Assembly (NCBI GenBank): GCA_016699365.1
Contig: CP064973.1
Location: 365,684-429,683 of the forward strand
Direction of reading: 5' to 3'
Length of the DNA stretch: 64,000 nt
Source: Candidatus Nomurabacteria bacterium
Lineage (GTDB): Bacteria > Patescibacteriota > Minisyncoccia > Phycocordibacterales > UBA9973
In this document: piece by piece, positions 18,394 to 27,793 of the stretch
How the letters are laid out: each line of letters opens with the position of its first letter
Position numbering within the stretch: the first letter of the stretch is position 1
The notes under the pieces: generated by a model
The model's input: only the letters and a program-made list of their open reading frames with translations
Told to the model about the DNA's origin: nothing
The model's database searches: none
Made by a program: the position numbers and the translations under genes

Positions 18394-20313
18394 ATGAAAT
18401 CACCAATAAAAAACTTAAAAAATCTTAATTCTAAAGGAAAAAAACCAGGTGGCGCACCTACGACTTTTGGTAGTCACATAATCACAGCTTTCTTGATATT
18501 TATGTTGATCTCAGCTCTGTATACTGTAATCACAGAAAATAAGAAAGAAGTCCAAGAAGTTACTTTGTCTGAGGTTGCTTCTCTAATTGAGACCAGTCAG
18601 GTGAAGAGTATTGAAGTTGAAGGGGATGTTTTAAATATCGAGCTCAATGACGGAACTCTCAAGAAATCTAAAAAAGAGATAGAATCTTCTCTATCTGAAA
18701 CTTTAGCAAACTACGGTGTTGCTAGTGAGAAAATTTCTGCTACTCCAATCAATATAAAAAGTCAGACAGGATTTGGGTATTGGCTTATTACAATTCTTCC
18801 GATACTAATTCCGATTGCTTTTATAATCCTATTCTTCTGGTTTATGTCACGTCAGGTAAAAGGCGCGGGGATGCAAGCTTTTTCCTTCGGTCAATCAAAA
18901 GCAAAAATAACTGATCCAAATGATAAAAATAATCGTGTAACTTTCAAAGATGTTGCTGGTTCAAAAGAAGCAAAAGAAGAGTTGAAAGAAATAGTAGATT
19001 TTCTTCGTAATCCAAAAAAGTTTCTTGATATTGGTGCCCGTATTCCAAAGGGTGTTTTGCTTACAGGTGTACCAGGAACAGGAAAGACACTTCTTGCTCG
19101 TGCTGTTGCAGGAGAAGCTGGGGTTCCGTTTTTCCACCTATCAGGTTCAGAGTTTGTAGAGATGTTTGTTGGAGTTGGAGCTAGTCGTGTGCGTGATCTT
19201 TTTCAGCTAGCAAAACGCACAGCACCAGCGATTATATTTATAGATGAGATTGATGCAGTAGGACGAGTGCGTGGAACAGGTGTTGGTGGAGGTAACGACG
19301 AGCGCGAACAGACTCTAAACCAGATTCTAGTAGAGATGGACGGTTTCGAACCCAATGAAAAAGTTATTGTAATGGCTGCAACAAATCGCTCTGATGTACT
19401 GGATCCAGCGTTGCTTCGTCCAGGACGTTTTGATAGAAGAGTAGTCTTGGACTTACCAGATAGATCAGACCGAGAGGAGATTTTGGCTATTCATGCTATT
19501 AGAAAACCACTAGCAGAAGATGTGAACCTCAAGGTTATAGCAGAACGTACACCAGGATTTTCTGGTGCTGATCTATATTCTCTAATGAACGAAGGAGCAA
19601 TACTTGCTGCACGTGAAGATCGCAAGAAAGTTGCTCAGTTTGATTTTATTCGTTCAATCGAAAAAGTTATGATGGGTCCTGAACGCAAGAGTCATTTGTT
19701 GTCTCCAATTGAGAAGAAAATTACTGCATATCACGAAGCCGGTCATGCGGTTGTGGCGAGTGTGCTTCCATATGCAGACCCAGTTCACAAAGTTTCTATA
19801 GTTGCTCGTGGACGTGCTGGAGGATATACACTGAAGCTTCCTCTAGAAGATCGCAAACTTCAATCACGCAAAGAATTTCTAGATGATATAGCTATGTCAC
19901 TCGGTGGATACGTTGCGGAGGAAATGATTTTTGGTGATATTACGACTGGTCCTTCGAACGATCTTCAAGTTTCAAGTTCTCTTGCACGTGCGATGGTTAC
20001 ACGATGGGGGATGAGTGATCTTATTGGTCCAGTAGCGCTTGAAAGCGACGGTGGGCGCACAATGTTTGGTCGCGGCGTAGAAGACCGAGAATATTCTGAA
20101 ACAATGTCTACGAAAATTGATGATGAAGTAAAACGCATAATGAATGAAGCTCTCGAGAAAGCTCGTAAAGTTTTGACTGAAAATCGTAAGTGCCTCGATG
20201 CTGTTGCAGACAAGTTGATTGAAGTAGAAACACTTGAGCAACCAGAGTATGAGGAGATAATTAAAGCTCACGGTATTAGTCCAAAAAAGAAATCTGAAGA
20301 AATAAAAGCATAA
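18394..20313 (+). CDS. ftsH: ATP-dependent zinc metalloprotease FtsH
   Basis: N-terminal TM helices, AAA module [23 protein letters not shown], an SRH region, and the zinc motif HEAGHAVV. Confidence 0.95.
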   Translation: MKSPIKNLKNLNSKGKKPGGAPTTFGSHIITAFLIFMLISALYTVITENKKEVQEVTLSEVASLIETSQVKSIEVEGDVLNIELNDGTLKKSKKEIESSLSETLANYGVASEKISATPINIKSQTGFGYWLITILPILIPIAFIILFFWFMSRQVKGAGMQAFSFGQSKAKITDPNDKNNRVTFKDVAGSKEAKEELKEIVDFLRNPKKFLDIGARIPKGVLLTGVPGTGKTLLARAVAGEAGVPFFHLSGSEFVEMFVGVGASRVRDLFQLAKRTAPAIIFIDEIDAVGRVRGTGVGGGNDEREQTLNQILVEMDGFEPNEKVIVMAATNRSDVLDPALLRPGRFDRRVVLDLPDRSDREEILAIHAIRKPLAEDVNLKVIAERTPGFSGADLYSLMNEGAILAAREDRKKVAQFDFIRSIEKVMMGPERKSHLLSPIEKKITAYHEAGHAVVASVLPYADPVHKVSIVARGRAGGYTLKLPLEDRKLQSRKEFLDDIAMSLGGYVAEEMIFGDITTGPSNDLQVSSSLARAMVTRWGMSDLIGPVALESDGGRTMFGRGVEDREYSETMSTKIDDEVKRIMNEALEKARKVLTENRKCLDAVADKLIEVETLEQPEYEEIIKAHGISPKKKSEEIKA

Positions 20314-20314
20314 T

Positions 20315-20345
20315 AAAATCCCCCGCAGACGTGGGGGATTTTATT
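20315..20345. terminator. bidirectional terminator hairpin (atccccc gcagacgt gggggat + T run)
   Basis: Lies between convergent ftsH(+) and 20344-20814(-). Confidence 0.55.
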
Positions 20346-20814
20346 ATTGAGCTTTGGTTTGTCCGACTGATTGGAGTTCAGAGGATATTGTATCAAGTAG
20401 GTCGTGGTGGAAGTTCATGCATTCTTCTGCAAGTGTCATAAGGAGTTCATGATTCAGAGTTTCCGCTACACCTTTTACAAGCCCCCAGTGCACGAAAGCT
20501 GCTCCTTCAAAGAACCCTGACCACTCGAGTATTTCTGTTGGATTCTCCCACTCTCCGCCGATATAAAGTTCACGCATCTCTCGAAGCTTTGCACCGGTCT
20601 TTTCAAATTTTGCATTTACGATTTCAGATACACCAAGTTCGCCGGCAAGTTTTTTAAGCTCATCTGCATGAATACGATTTTTATCTAATATATCTGTTAG
20701 TTCGTTTTCTCCTAGAACAGGGGATAGGACAGATCGTCCTTTTTCTAGTGTCTCATCTCCAACCAATGCGAATGCCAATACCTCTCCCAATTTTTTAGCT
20801 GCGAATTCGTTCAT
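20344..20814 (-). CDS. hypothetical protein (possible ferritin-like/four-helix-bundle)
   Basis: 156-aa helical ORF with weak E..H-type motifs (EECMNFHHDLLD). Conserved box B lies ~60 bp upstream of its start. Confidence 0.3.
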   Translation of the reverse strand: MNEFAAKKLGEVLAFALVGDETLEKGRSVLSPVLGENELTDILDKNRIHADELKKLAGELGVSEIVNAKFEKTGAKLREMRELYIGGEWENPTEILEWSGFFEGAAFVHWGLVKGVAETLNHELLMTLAEECMNFHHDLLDTISSELQSVGQTKAQ

Positions 20815-20872
20815 ATGTTTTATTGATTAAGTTATAAGGGTATTTTTATTTTAGCATACGAGTCTATTTGTC

Positions 20873-20927
20873 GTCACAGATATTTTACTCGCCGTCGCTC
20901 GTAAAATTCCGCGACCCCGGCTCGTGG
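20873..20927. repeat. conserved ~53-bp box, copy B (gtcacagatattttactcgccgtcgctcgtaaaattccgcgaccccggctcgtgg)
   Basis: Paralog of 17135-17187. Like copy A it lies just beyond the 3' end of a minus-strand RNA gene (tRNA-Ile) and just upstream of a minus-strand CDS. Confidence 0.6.
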
Positions 20928-21003
20928 TTTTGCGTGCTCGCAAAACATCACTGCGCCTTGGGCTAGTATCGAAAATAGGAAGCAGTTCCTATTTTCTATC
21001 TAG

Positions 21004-21077
21004 TCCACCCTCTTGGATTCGAACCAAGGACCCCAGAGGTATAAGCTCTGTGCTCTAACCAACTGAGCTAAGGGTGG
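21004..21077 (-). tRNA. tRNA-Ile with anticodon UAU (decodes AUA)
   Basis: Minus-strand read CCACCCT TA GCTC AGTTGGTTA GAGC A CAGAG CTTATAC CTCTG GGGTC CTTGG TTCGAAT CCAAG AGGGTGG A. The anticodon loop CTTATAC gives UAU. Confidence 0.7.
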
Positions 21078-21186
21078 ATATATTTGGCTAGACTTTGATA
21101 TTAGCTTATTTAGAGATTTTTTTCAAAGTTTTTGGTGTACTTGCCAACCTAGACAAATGAGTGTAGAGTGATAAAAAAATCGCACA

Positions 21187-21996
21187 ATGAAAAGCGTTAA
21201 AAAAAGATTCAATGATCTTGCTAGTAGAAATCTAGACAAGGTACAGGCATATCATAAATATACACAAGACGACCAGAGAACCTGGAAGTTGTTGTGGGAC
21301 AATCAGACCAGACAACTGGAACATATTGCTCACAAAGCCTTCTTTAAAGGTTTAAAAAAACTTGGGATTACAGGAGAAAAGATTCCTGTATTTTCAGAAA
21401 TTAATCGTCGACTCGAGAAACTCACAGGATGGAGAATATATGTCTGTGATGGAACTCTTGATGATGATATTTTGTACTACGGGCTCATGAACAAGATGTT
21501 CCCGGTGACGAACTTTTTTCGTCTATTGAAGGATTGGCAGTATACTCCTGCCCCCGACATGTTTCATGAGATATTCGGGCATTTGCCGATGCTTACTTTA
21601 AAAAAGTATGGCGAATGTATTCAGATGTTTGGAATAGTGGCGAAAAGATATAATTTCTCACCAGAAGTTATGAAAATCCTCCCACCAGCATTTTGGTTTT
21701 TAGTGGAGTTCATACTTGTTCGTGGTCATGGGGATCGTCGTATTGCTGGCCCAGGAATACTTTCGTCTGTAGGAGAAACTTTATATGCAGCCGCAAGCTC
21801 AAAGCCGACAATTCACTCTTGTGGAGATAGTCCCGAGGCGATGAAGAATTTTATTCGTCAGGCAATGTATACGAAGTATGATATTACTAAGCTTCAAATT
21901 GAATATTTTCAAGTAGAAAGTTTTGACTTGTACTATGAGATGATTATGAAGTATCTGCCTAAGGTTGTTGCCGAAGAATTGAAAATCGCAGCTTAA
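21187..21996 (+). CDS. biopterin-dependent aromatic amino acid hydroxylase-like (phenylalanine 4-monooxygenase-like)
   Basis: Iron-binding motif PDMFHEIFGHLPML (PDxxHExxGHxP) in a monomeric bacterial-size (269 aa) protein. Confidence 0.6.
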   Translation: MKSVKKRFNDLASRNLDKVQAYHKYTQDDQRTWKLLWDNQTRQLEHIAHKAFFKGLKKLGITGEKIPVFSEINRRLEKLTGWRIYVCDGTLDDDILYYGLMNKMFPVTNFFRLLKDWQYTPAPDMFHEIFGHLPMLTLKKYGECIQMFGIVAKRYNFSPEVMKILPPAFWFLVEFILVRGHGDRRIAGPGILSSVGETLYAAASSKPTIHSCGDSPEAMKNFIRQAMYTKYDITKLQIEYFQVESFDLYYEMIMKYLPKVVAEELKIAA

Positions 21997-22000
21997 ATAA

Positions 22001-22031
22001 AAAAATCCCCCAATTTTGGGGGATTTATTTT
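22001..22031. terminator. bidirectional terminator (aaatcccccaa tt ttgggggattt + T run)
   Basis: Perfect palindrome lying between convergent genes. Confidence 0.6.
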
Positions 22032-24212
22032 TTACTCAAAATGCATATCGTTGTATCTTTCGCGTATAGCTTCGACGAGTATAGGGTAGTCGCCAAGCGC
22101 GCAATCTTTCTCTATAAGCGTGCGGGCTTCATTGCGCGCAGCTTCTACCATCTTTATATTGCGTATTGCTTCCATACCAAGATCAGTTATACCCCATTGT
22201 TTTCCTCCTCCGAGTTCTCCAGCTCCGCGAAGTGCCAAGTCTAATTCTGCTAGCTCAAAACCACTTTTTGCTGACACAAGTGCCTTCAATCTGTCTGCGG
22301 TTTTTTGTGATTTTGCATCAGCAAATAAGTAGCAATATGCTTGATGATTTGATCTGATTACACGTCCACGCAACTGGTGAAGTTGTGCTAGTCCGAAACG
22401 TTCCGCGCCTTCTATTACGATTATGGTTGCGTTTGGTACGTTTACTCCGACTTCGACAACTGATGTCGCACAGAGAATATTGATTTCATGATTATAGAAA
22501 GATTCCATCACTTCTTCTTTTTTCTGTTTGGTCATTTTAGAATGCAGTACTCCAATTTCGTATTCTGGAAAGACTTCTTTTTTCAATCTTTTGGCTTCTT
22601 CTGTAACAGACTTTGCTATGATAGCCATTTCTTTTTCTGGGTCGGGCTCGTTGATACGTGGACAGATTATGTATACCTGTCTACCGTTTTTTAATTCTTC
22701 ACGAATTTTTTCATATGAACCTTCTCTTTTGTTTGAAGGAATTATTTCAGTATGAATTGGTTTTCTGCCAAGCGGCATTTGATCAAGTACAGTTAGGTCT
22801 AAGTCTCCATATATTGTTAGGGCCAGTGTGCGCGGGATAGGCGTTGCAGTCATAGAGAGTAGGTGAGGGGCGATTACTTTACCATTCGACTCTTTGTGAG
22901 CAAGCTTACTTCTCTGTATTGTTCCAAATCTATGCTGCTCATCGATTATAACTAGAGCTAAATGTTTAAATTTTACAGATTTTTGAATTAGTGCATGTGT
23001 TCCTATAAGTATTGGGATTTCTCCATTTTCTACCCATTTCAAAAGTTGTGTTCGAGATATATTTGTCCAGTTGCCAACATTGGAGGCTACTTTGGATGGG
23101 AATTTCCTACAGCCACTTCCTGTGATCAGTCCTATGTTTATTCCAGTGTGTTCAAAAAAAGAAATAAAGTTTTCAAAAAGTTGTGTAGCAAGTATTTCAG
23201 TCGGAGCCATATATGCGACTTGTAGTGATCCAAAAGTTTGTTTTGCGGGACGATTTGTAATGATGCCGTATGCGGCACTTGCTGCTACTGCGGTTTTACC
23301 ACTTCCAACATCACCCTCGAGCAGTCTAGACATGGGGTGTGTTTTTACTAAATCAGCTCGGATTCCTTCAATTGCATTTTTTTGCCCATCTGTAATTGGG
23401 AATGGGAATCTGTCTGTGAATTCTTTTAGGTCTTCTTTTTCAATTTTTATTTCGTATGAATATGAGCTCTTGAATATATGGCGTTCCTGTTGCTTCTTCA
23501 GTTGAATCAAGAAAACTTCTTCAAATGCAAAACGCTTACGCGCTGCTTCTGCGTCATTTTCATTGCGAGGTGTGTGAATCCAAATCAGTGCTGTTCCGAG
23601 TTTTGGTAAGTTGTATTTTTTTAATATATATTCTGGTATTGGGTCTGTAATAGAATTTTGGATTCCCGATTTAAATATTCTATCTATTGCGTGATATATA
23701 AACTTTGAAGTAACACCTCGGCTCTCTGGATATATAGGATATCGGATACCTGAGTTTTCTACTCCTTCTTTTACAAAAAGGGTATCGTGGATATCAATTG
23801 GTAGAGTAGGTGTTTTTTCAATTTCAGGATTGGTTATAGATAAGCCATTTTTGGTTTGGCTTATTTTACCTGTCACTTTTACACTATCACCAACTGTAAA
23901 CATCTTCGCGAGATATGCCTGATTGAACCAGACTATGCTGATTGTTCCTGTCTGGTCCTCGACAGTTGCTTCGCCCATTGGGACTTTTGTGCGAAAAGAT
24001 TTCTTTGTTTTTGCGCGCGTGATTGTGCCGTGAATAGTCGCGATTTCTCCTGGGTTTAAATCACGAATAAAGTGCAGTTCTGATATATCACTATAACGAG
24101 TGGGGAAGTGATATAAGAGGTCATGTATGGTGTTTATACCAAGGCGCAAGAGCGCCTTCTCTTCTGTTGTTTGTATCTTGAAATGTTTTTTTAGTGGGTC
24201 AGAGGTTTGCAT
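22032..24212 (-). CDS. recG: ATP-dependent DNA helicase RecG
   Basis: 726 aa with an N-terminal wedge/OB region, helicase motif I LLEGDVGSGKTAVA, and DEQHRFG (motif II). Confidence 0.9.
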   Translation of the reverse strand: MQTSDPLKKHFKIQTTEEKALLRLGINTIHDLLYHFPTRYSDISELHFIRDLNPGEIATIHGTITRAKTKKSFRTKVPMGEATVEDQTGTISIVWFNQAYLAKMFTVGDSVKVTGKISQTKNGLSITNPEIEKTPTLPIDIHDTLFVKEGVENSGIRYPIYPESRGVTSKFIYHAIDRIFKSGIQNSITDPIPEYILKKYNLPKLGTALIWIHTPRNENDAEAARKRFAFEEVFLIQLKKQQERHIFKSSYSYEIKIEKEDLKEFTDRFPFPITDGQKNAIEGIRADLVKTHPMSRLLEGDVGSGKTAVAASAAYGIITNRPAKQTFGSLQVAYMAPTEILATQLFENFISFFEHTGINIGLITGSGCRKFPSKVASNVGNWTNISRTQLLKWVENGEIPILIGTHALIQKSVKFKHLALVIIDEQHRFGTIQRSKLAHKESNGKVIAPHLLSMTATPIPRTLALTIYGDLDLTVLDQMPLGRKPIHTEIIPSNKREGSYEKIREELKNGRQVYIICPRINEPDPEKEMAIIAKSVTEEAKRLKKEVFPEYEIGVLHSKMTKQKKEEVMESFYNHEINILCATSVVEVGVNVPNATIIVIEGAERFGLAQLHQLRGRVIRSNHQAYCYLFADAKSQKTADRLKALVSAKSGFELAELDLALRGAGELGGGKQWGITDLGMEAIRNIKMVEAARNEARTLIEKDCALGDYPILVEAIRERYNDMHFE

Positions 24213-24285
24213 CTAAGCATTGTAACTTTTTAAGGGAATAATAAAAAATCCCTCTCATTTATAGAAAGGGATTCTTAAATTTATT

Positions 24286-24789
24286 TTATTTATCTCCCAA
24301 GACTACAACTGTTCCGCGCATACTAGGATTTGAGTGATTGTGGTATTCATAGGTCCCACTCTCAGTGAATGTAAAAGAGTATGATTCTCCATTTTGGTAG
24401 TTTCTCCCTGCGTCAAAGTCTGAGAACTCTGTGTGCTGTGGGTGTGGATTTGATGCGACCCACATATTGAGAGAGGAGTCATTTGAGAATCTTACTGTAT
24501 CTCCCATTTCTATATTTATTATATTTGGACTAAAACCAGAAGAAGTATACATTACTAAAATTTCTTCTCTTTGAGATTCTTTTGTTTCAGAAACTTTTTC
24601 GGTGTCTATATTTGGATTCTCTGTTTTTTCGACTAAAATTTCTTGTTCAGTTTCTAGTTGTGTTTCAGTATTTTTTTCTTCTCCGAATATAATAAACCCT
24701 CCGATTGCTATAAGTGCGATAAGTCCCAATATTGCTGATGTTTTACTCATTTGTTTTTTAGTTAATTTTATTAAATATAAATCAGACAT
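24286..24789 (-). CDS. secreted/membrane-anchored cupredoxin-like domain protein (no Cys ligand)
   Basis: N-terminal TM helix. The C-terminal beta-rich domain GDTVRFSNDS...GTYEYHNHSNPSMRGTVVV resembles EfeO/YtkA-type cupredoxin folds. It is the last gene of the HK-RR operon. Confidence 0.4.
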   Translation of the reverse strand: MSDLYLIKLTKKQMSKTSAILGLIALIAIGGFIIFGEEKNTETQLETEQEILVEKTENPNIDTEKVSETKESQREEILVMYTSSGFSPNIINIEMGDTVRFSNDSSLNMWVASNPHPQHTEFSDFDAGRNYQNGESYSFTFTESGTYEYHNHSNPSMRGTVVVLGDK

Positions 24790-24790
24790 T

Positions 24791-24820
24791 ATAAAAACAG
24801 GCCTGAGCCTGTTTTTATAA
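24791..24820. terminator. terminator hairpin (aaacaggc ctga gcctgttt)
   Basis: Perfect 8-bp stem flanked by A and T runs. Confidence 0.5.
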
Positions 24821-25186
24821 TCCTAATATAGATTTTATTTTATCAGACAATTCGTCTAGCGTGAAGTTTGATTTGATCATGAAATCTGTTGCACCAAGTT
24901 CACGAGCACGTGCTATGTCTTTGTCTTCTGATAGATTTGAGAAAACTATTACAGGTGTTTTTGCGAGAGCAGCATTTGAGCGTATTTTTTCTAGAACTGT
25001 GAATCCGTCCATAGTAGGAAGTACTAAGTCTAGGAGTACAAAATCAGGATTTTCACTATCTGCAATCTTCACTGCATCTTCACCTGTTGAGGCAGTAAGT
25101 ACTTGAAATCCATCTTTTGATAATTTTCCTGCTGCAAGTCCTTGTAGGAATGAATCGTCTTCAATTATAAGAATTTTCTTTGGCAT
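24815..25186 (-). CDS. response regulator, receiver domain only (CheY-like)
   Basis: KILIIEDD...DFVLLDLVLPTMDGFTVLEKIR...KTPVIVFSNL carries the phospho-acceptor Asp and Lys. Confidence 0.8.
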   Translation of the reverse strand: MPKKILIIEDDSFLQGLAAGKLSKDGFQVLTASTGEDAVKIADSENPDFVLLDLVLPTMDGFTVLEKIRSNAALAKTPVIVFSNLSEDKDIARARELGATDFMIKSNFTLDELSDKIKSILGL

Positions 25187-25210
25187 ATAATGTATTGTAC
25201 TCGTGACACC

Positions 25211-25963
25211 TTATCTGTGCAAGGGTAGTGAAAATGTAAAAGTAGTGCCTTCACTTTCGGTAGATTTGAAGTTTATTTTACCACCATGTTTTTCTATTAT
25301 GTGCTTAGTTGTATATAAACCCAATCCTGATCCAATAGAGTCTTTGGCTTTGGCATTTGTAGCTCTATAAAATTTACCAAATATTTGTTCTTGCTCACTT
25401 ACAGGTATTCCTATGCCAGTGTCTTTTACTGAAATTTCCACTTCGTTTTCATTTGCATGAATAGATATGAGCACCTTGTCTCCTGTATTGCTGTATTTAA
25501 TTGCATTTTCGATTAGATTTTGAATAACAACTCTAACCTTTTCTTTGTCGCAAGTTATCTGTTTGATTGGATTTTCTGGTTTTAAGAAAATTGTCTCAAT
25601 ACCTTTTTTGAAAGCTTCACTAGAGAAGTCAAAAAGAGTTTCATCTATTAGTTTGACCATATCCACTTCTTCAAAATTGTAAGTCAGAGATGTTGTGTCT
25701 GCATGATTGAGTGAAAGCATTTCGTTTACAAGCGATAACATGCGTTCGTTTGAATCACTTGCACGTTTCATAAAATCTGTTTGCTCAGGAGTTAGTTCGC
25801 CAAAATCTTTGTCTAGAAACATGCGGAGTATCCACTTCACAGCGGAAAGGGTAGTTCGGAGCTGGTGCGCAGATATAGAAATCCAATTACTTTTTAGTGC
25901 ATTTTGTTGCTTGAGTTCTTCGTTCTCTTTTTTAAGTTGTTCAATTTCTTCTGTTTCAGTCAT
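25211..25963 (-). CDS. cytoplasmic sensor histidine kinase (coiled coil + HisKA + HATPase_c)
   Basis: H-box ISAHQLRTTLSAV, N-box NLIENAIKYS, and G-boxes DTGIGIP and GSGLGLY. The track ORF continues to 26230, but those extra 89 codons are translation of the GC-rich inverted repeat. The proposed start is MTETEE. Confidence 0.75.
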   Translation of the reverse strand: MTETEEIEQLKKENEELKQQNALKSNWISISAHQLRTTLSAVKWILRMFLDKDFGELTPEQTDFMKRASDSNERMLSLVNEMLSLNHADTTSLTYNFEEVDMVKLIDETLFDFSSEAFKKGIETIFLKPENPIKQITCDKEKVRVVIQNLIENAIKYSNTGDKVLISIHANENEVEISVKDTGIGIPVSEQEQIFGKFYRATNAKAKDSIGSGLGLYTTKHIIEKHGGKINFKSTESEGTTFTFSLPLHR

Positions 25964-26003
25964 GAGAGCATTATACCTTGCGAGGGTATGTAGTACAAAA
26001 TTT

Positions 26004-26214
26004 GCGGTGTTTGTTGGACAAAGTTCGAAACTATTTCGAGCAAAATCCAAACGATTAAAACTAATATAATGGACTCGGCAGGGCGAAACAATTTGTCTGG
26101 GGGAATGGATTCGCCCTGCCTCGGCTGATTTCCCGCCCGCAGGAGGGGTCTGGGGAGGAATGCGGGCGGGTTTCGGACTGGGGGTTTTCAGAAATTTCGC
26201 CATCGGATTTCGTA
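26004..26214. repeat. inverted copy of the left 211 bp of the 327-bp GC-rich unit (reverse complement of 27794-28004, 1 mismatch seen)
   Basis: Direct comparison of the two stretches. GC-rich and hairpin-dense, e.g. cccgcccgca...tgcgggcggg. Confidence 0.85.
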
Positions 26215-26235
26215 CCAATAAAGTTGGCACACCGC

Positions 26236-26667
26236 CTATGTTTTTATTCTATCAATATTTTCTACCGATAGCCAAGCCGACATCATTCCAAATCCTGCCT
26301 TGTTAATTTCAAACGGCTCAATTTCTTTCGGATTTTTCAAAAATATCAAAAGACAATAATTTTTATTTTTGAATAACTCAAAAAATTCCTTAATTTTATC
26401 TTTTTCGATTCCGTCATCATTTCCGTATTCATCTAAAATCTGACTAACTTTTTCGGGTGTTAAATCGGAAAAGGAAACCACTTTTTCTACTTCGGTCTTG
26501 ATTGAAACAGGTTCACCAGAATCTTTGAAATAAACAGTATCGCCTTTTCCGATTTTTCCCCAAGGAGAGTGTTTTGATTTATACCACCGAGATTCAATTT
26601 TCTTTTGTCCCGAAAGAATTTTTTGAGTTAATCCCCATGATTTTTTCATTATTGCCACATGGTCCAT
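26236..26667 (-). CDS. ASCH-like (PUA-fold) domain protein
   Basis: MKKSWGLTQKILSGQKKIESRWYKSKHSPW...GDTVYF resembles ASCH-domain openings. Moderate to low confidence. Confidence 0.35.
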   Translation of the reverse strand: MDHVAIMKKSWGLTQKILSGQKKIESRWYKSKHSPWGKIGKGDTVYFKDSGEPVSIKTEVEKVVSFSDLTPEKVSQILDEYGNDDGIEKDKIKEFFELFKNKNYCLLIFLKNPKEIEPFEINKAGFGMMSAWLSVENIDRIKT

Positions 26668-26705
26668 ATTTATTTTTTCTTTAGTTCATAATACTTGCTA
26701 ATTTT

Positions 26706-27473
26706 CTAATAACCTTTTGTTTTCAGCCAATCAATAATTATGTTAGAAAATTTTTCTGGATTAAACAAACACCAATCATGATTACCGTCTACGAATTTTA
26801 ATTCAGAATTTTCTATATTCCGATGAAAATTTTCTGCAAGATTTTTAGGAAATATTTCATCTTGTTCGCCCCACAAAATTAAGGTTTTTGCACTAACATT
26901 ATGGAAATCAGGGAAGTCGGTCAATAAAAACTTTTTTACCACACTTATCGTAAATTTCCGTTCAGAAAATCTTTTGGAAACATTTTCAAAAAAGTCTCTA
27001 ACAATTAGCAAAAAAGTCCCAAGATTTCTATATTTGAAAATGTCGCGGATTGTTTTTTCAATAAAATAAATATACAAAAACTTAAATTTTGAAATATTTT
27101 GTGAAAGTCCGACAGAATCAGTCAGAACCATTAACTGAATATTTTTATTGCTCGCTGATAACTGTAGAGCTACAACACCACCGAAAGAATGGCCAACAAT
27201 TGCAATTTTCCCAAAGTTAAGGAAAGTTATAAATTTTTTCAAAATTTTGGAATAATCTGAAATATTGCTTGAGCATGTGGATTTTCCAAAACAAGGTAAG
27301 TCGGGAGCAATAACTAAATATTCTTTTGACAAAAAATCCAAAACTTTTTTATAAGTTAAGGCATTTACTCCACCACCATGCAAAAACAAAATCGCATTTC
27401 CCGAACCAACTTGAAAATATCTCAATTTATCATGCCCGTCTTCAAAATATTTTTCCGTATATTGCATGGTCAT
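26706..27473 (-). CDS. alpha/beta-fold hydrolase
   Basis: Nucleophile elbow GHSFGG, HGGG oxyanion-region LFLHGGGVNA, and a C-terminal His (DGNHDW). Confidence 0.7.
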   Translation of the reverse strand: MTMQYTEKYFEDGHDKLRYFQVGSGNAILFLHGGGVNALTYKKVLDFLSKEYLVIAPDLPCFGKSTCSSNISDYSKILKKFITFLNFGKIAIVGHSFGGVVALQLSASNKNIQLMVLTDSVGLSQNISKFKFLYIYFIEKTIRDIFKYRNLGTFLLIVRDFFENVSKRFSERKFTISVVKKFLLTDFPDFHNVSAKTLILWGEQDEIFPKNLAENFHRNIENSELKFVDGNHDWCLFNPEKFSNIIIDWLKTKGY

Positions 27474-27682
27474 TTCATTAGATCATCAATTGAAACGCCC
27501 AACCCTTTGGCGATTTTTGCCATAGTTTCAATTGTCGGATTCGGTGTTGCGCCAGATTCAACTTTGATAATCACATTATAAGCAATATCAGCCAACTTCG
27601 AGAGTTTATCCTGCGAAATACCGAGTTTCTCTCTGTATTTTTTTATATTTTTTGCAATTGTTGGTAATTCTTTTGACTTCAT
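27470..27682 (-). CDS. XRE-family helix-turn-helix transcriptional regulator (70 aa)
   Basis: LGISQDKLSKLADIAYNVIIKVESG...IETMAKIAKGLGVSIDDL is a Cro/C1-type HTH. It overlaps the hydrolase gene by 4 bp. Confidence 0.75.
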   Translation of the reverse strand: MKSKELPTIAKNIKKYREKLGISQDKLSKLADIAYNVIIKVESGATPNPTIETMAKIAKGLGVSIDDLMK

Positions 27683-27793
27683 AGTATAATTATACTAGTA
27701 TAGATAGTGAGATAAGTTTTACTATTATAACTTTACCAAATAAAATGAATTTAATCAAACAAAATTTTTGGCGGTGCATTTCGCAAAGCGAAA

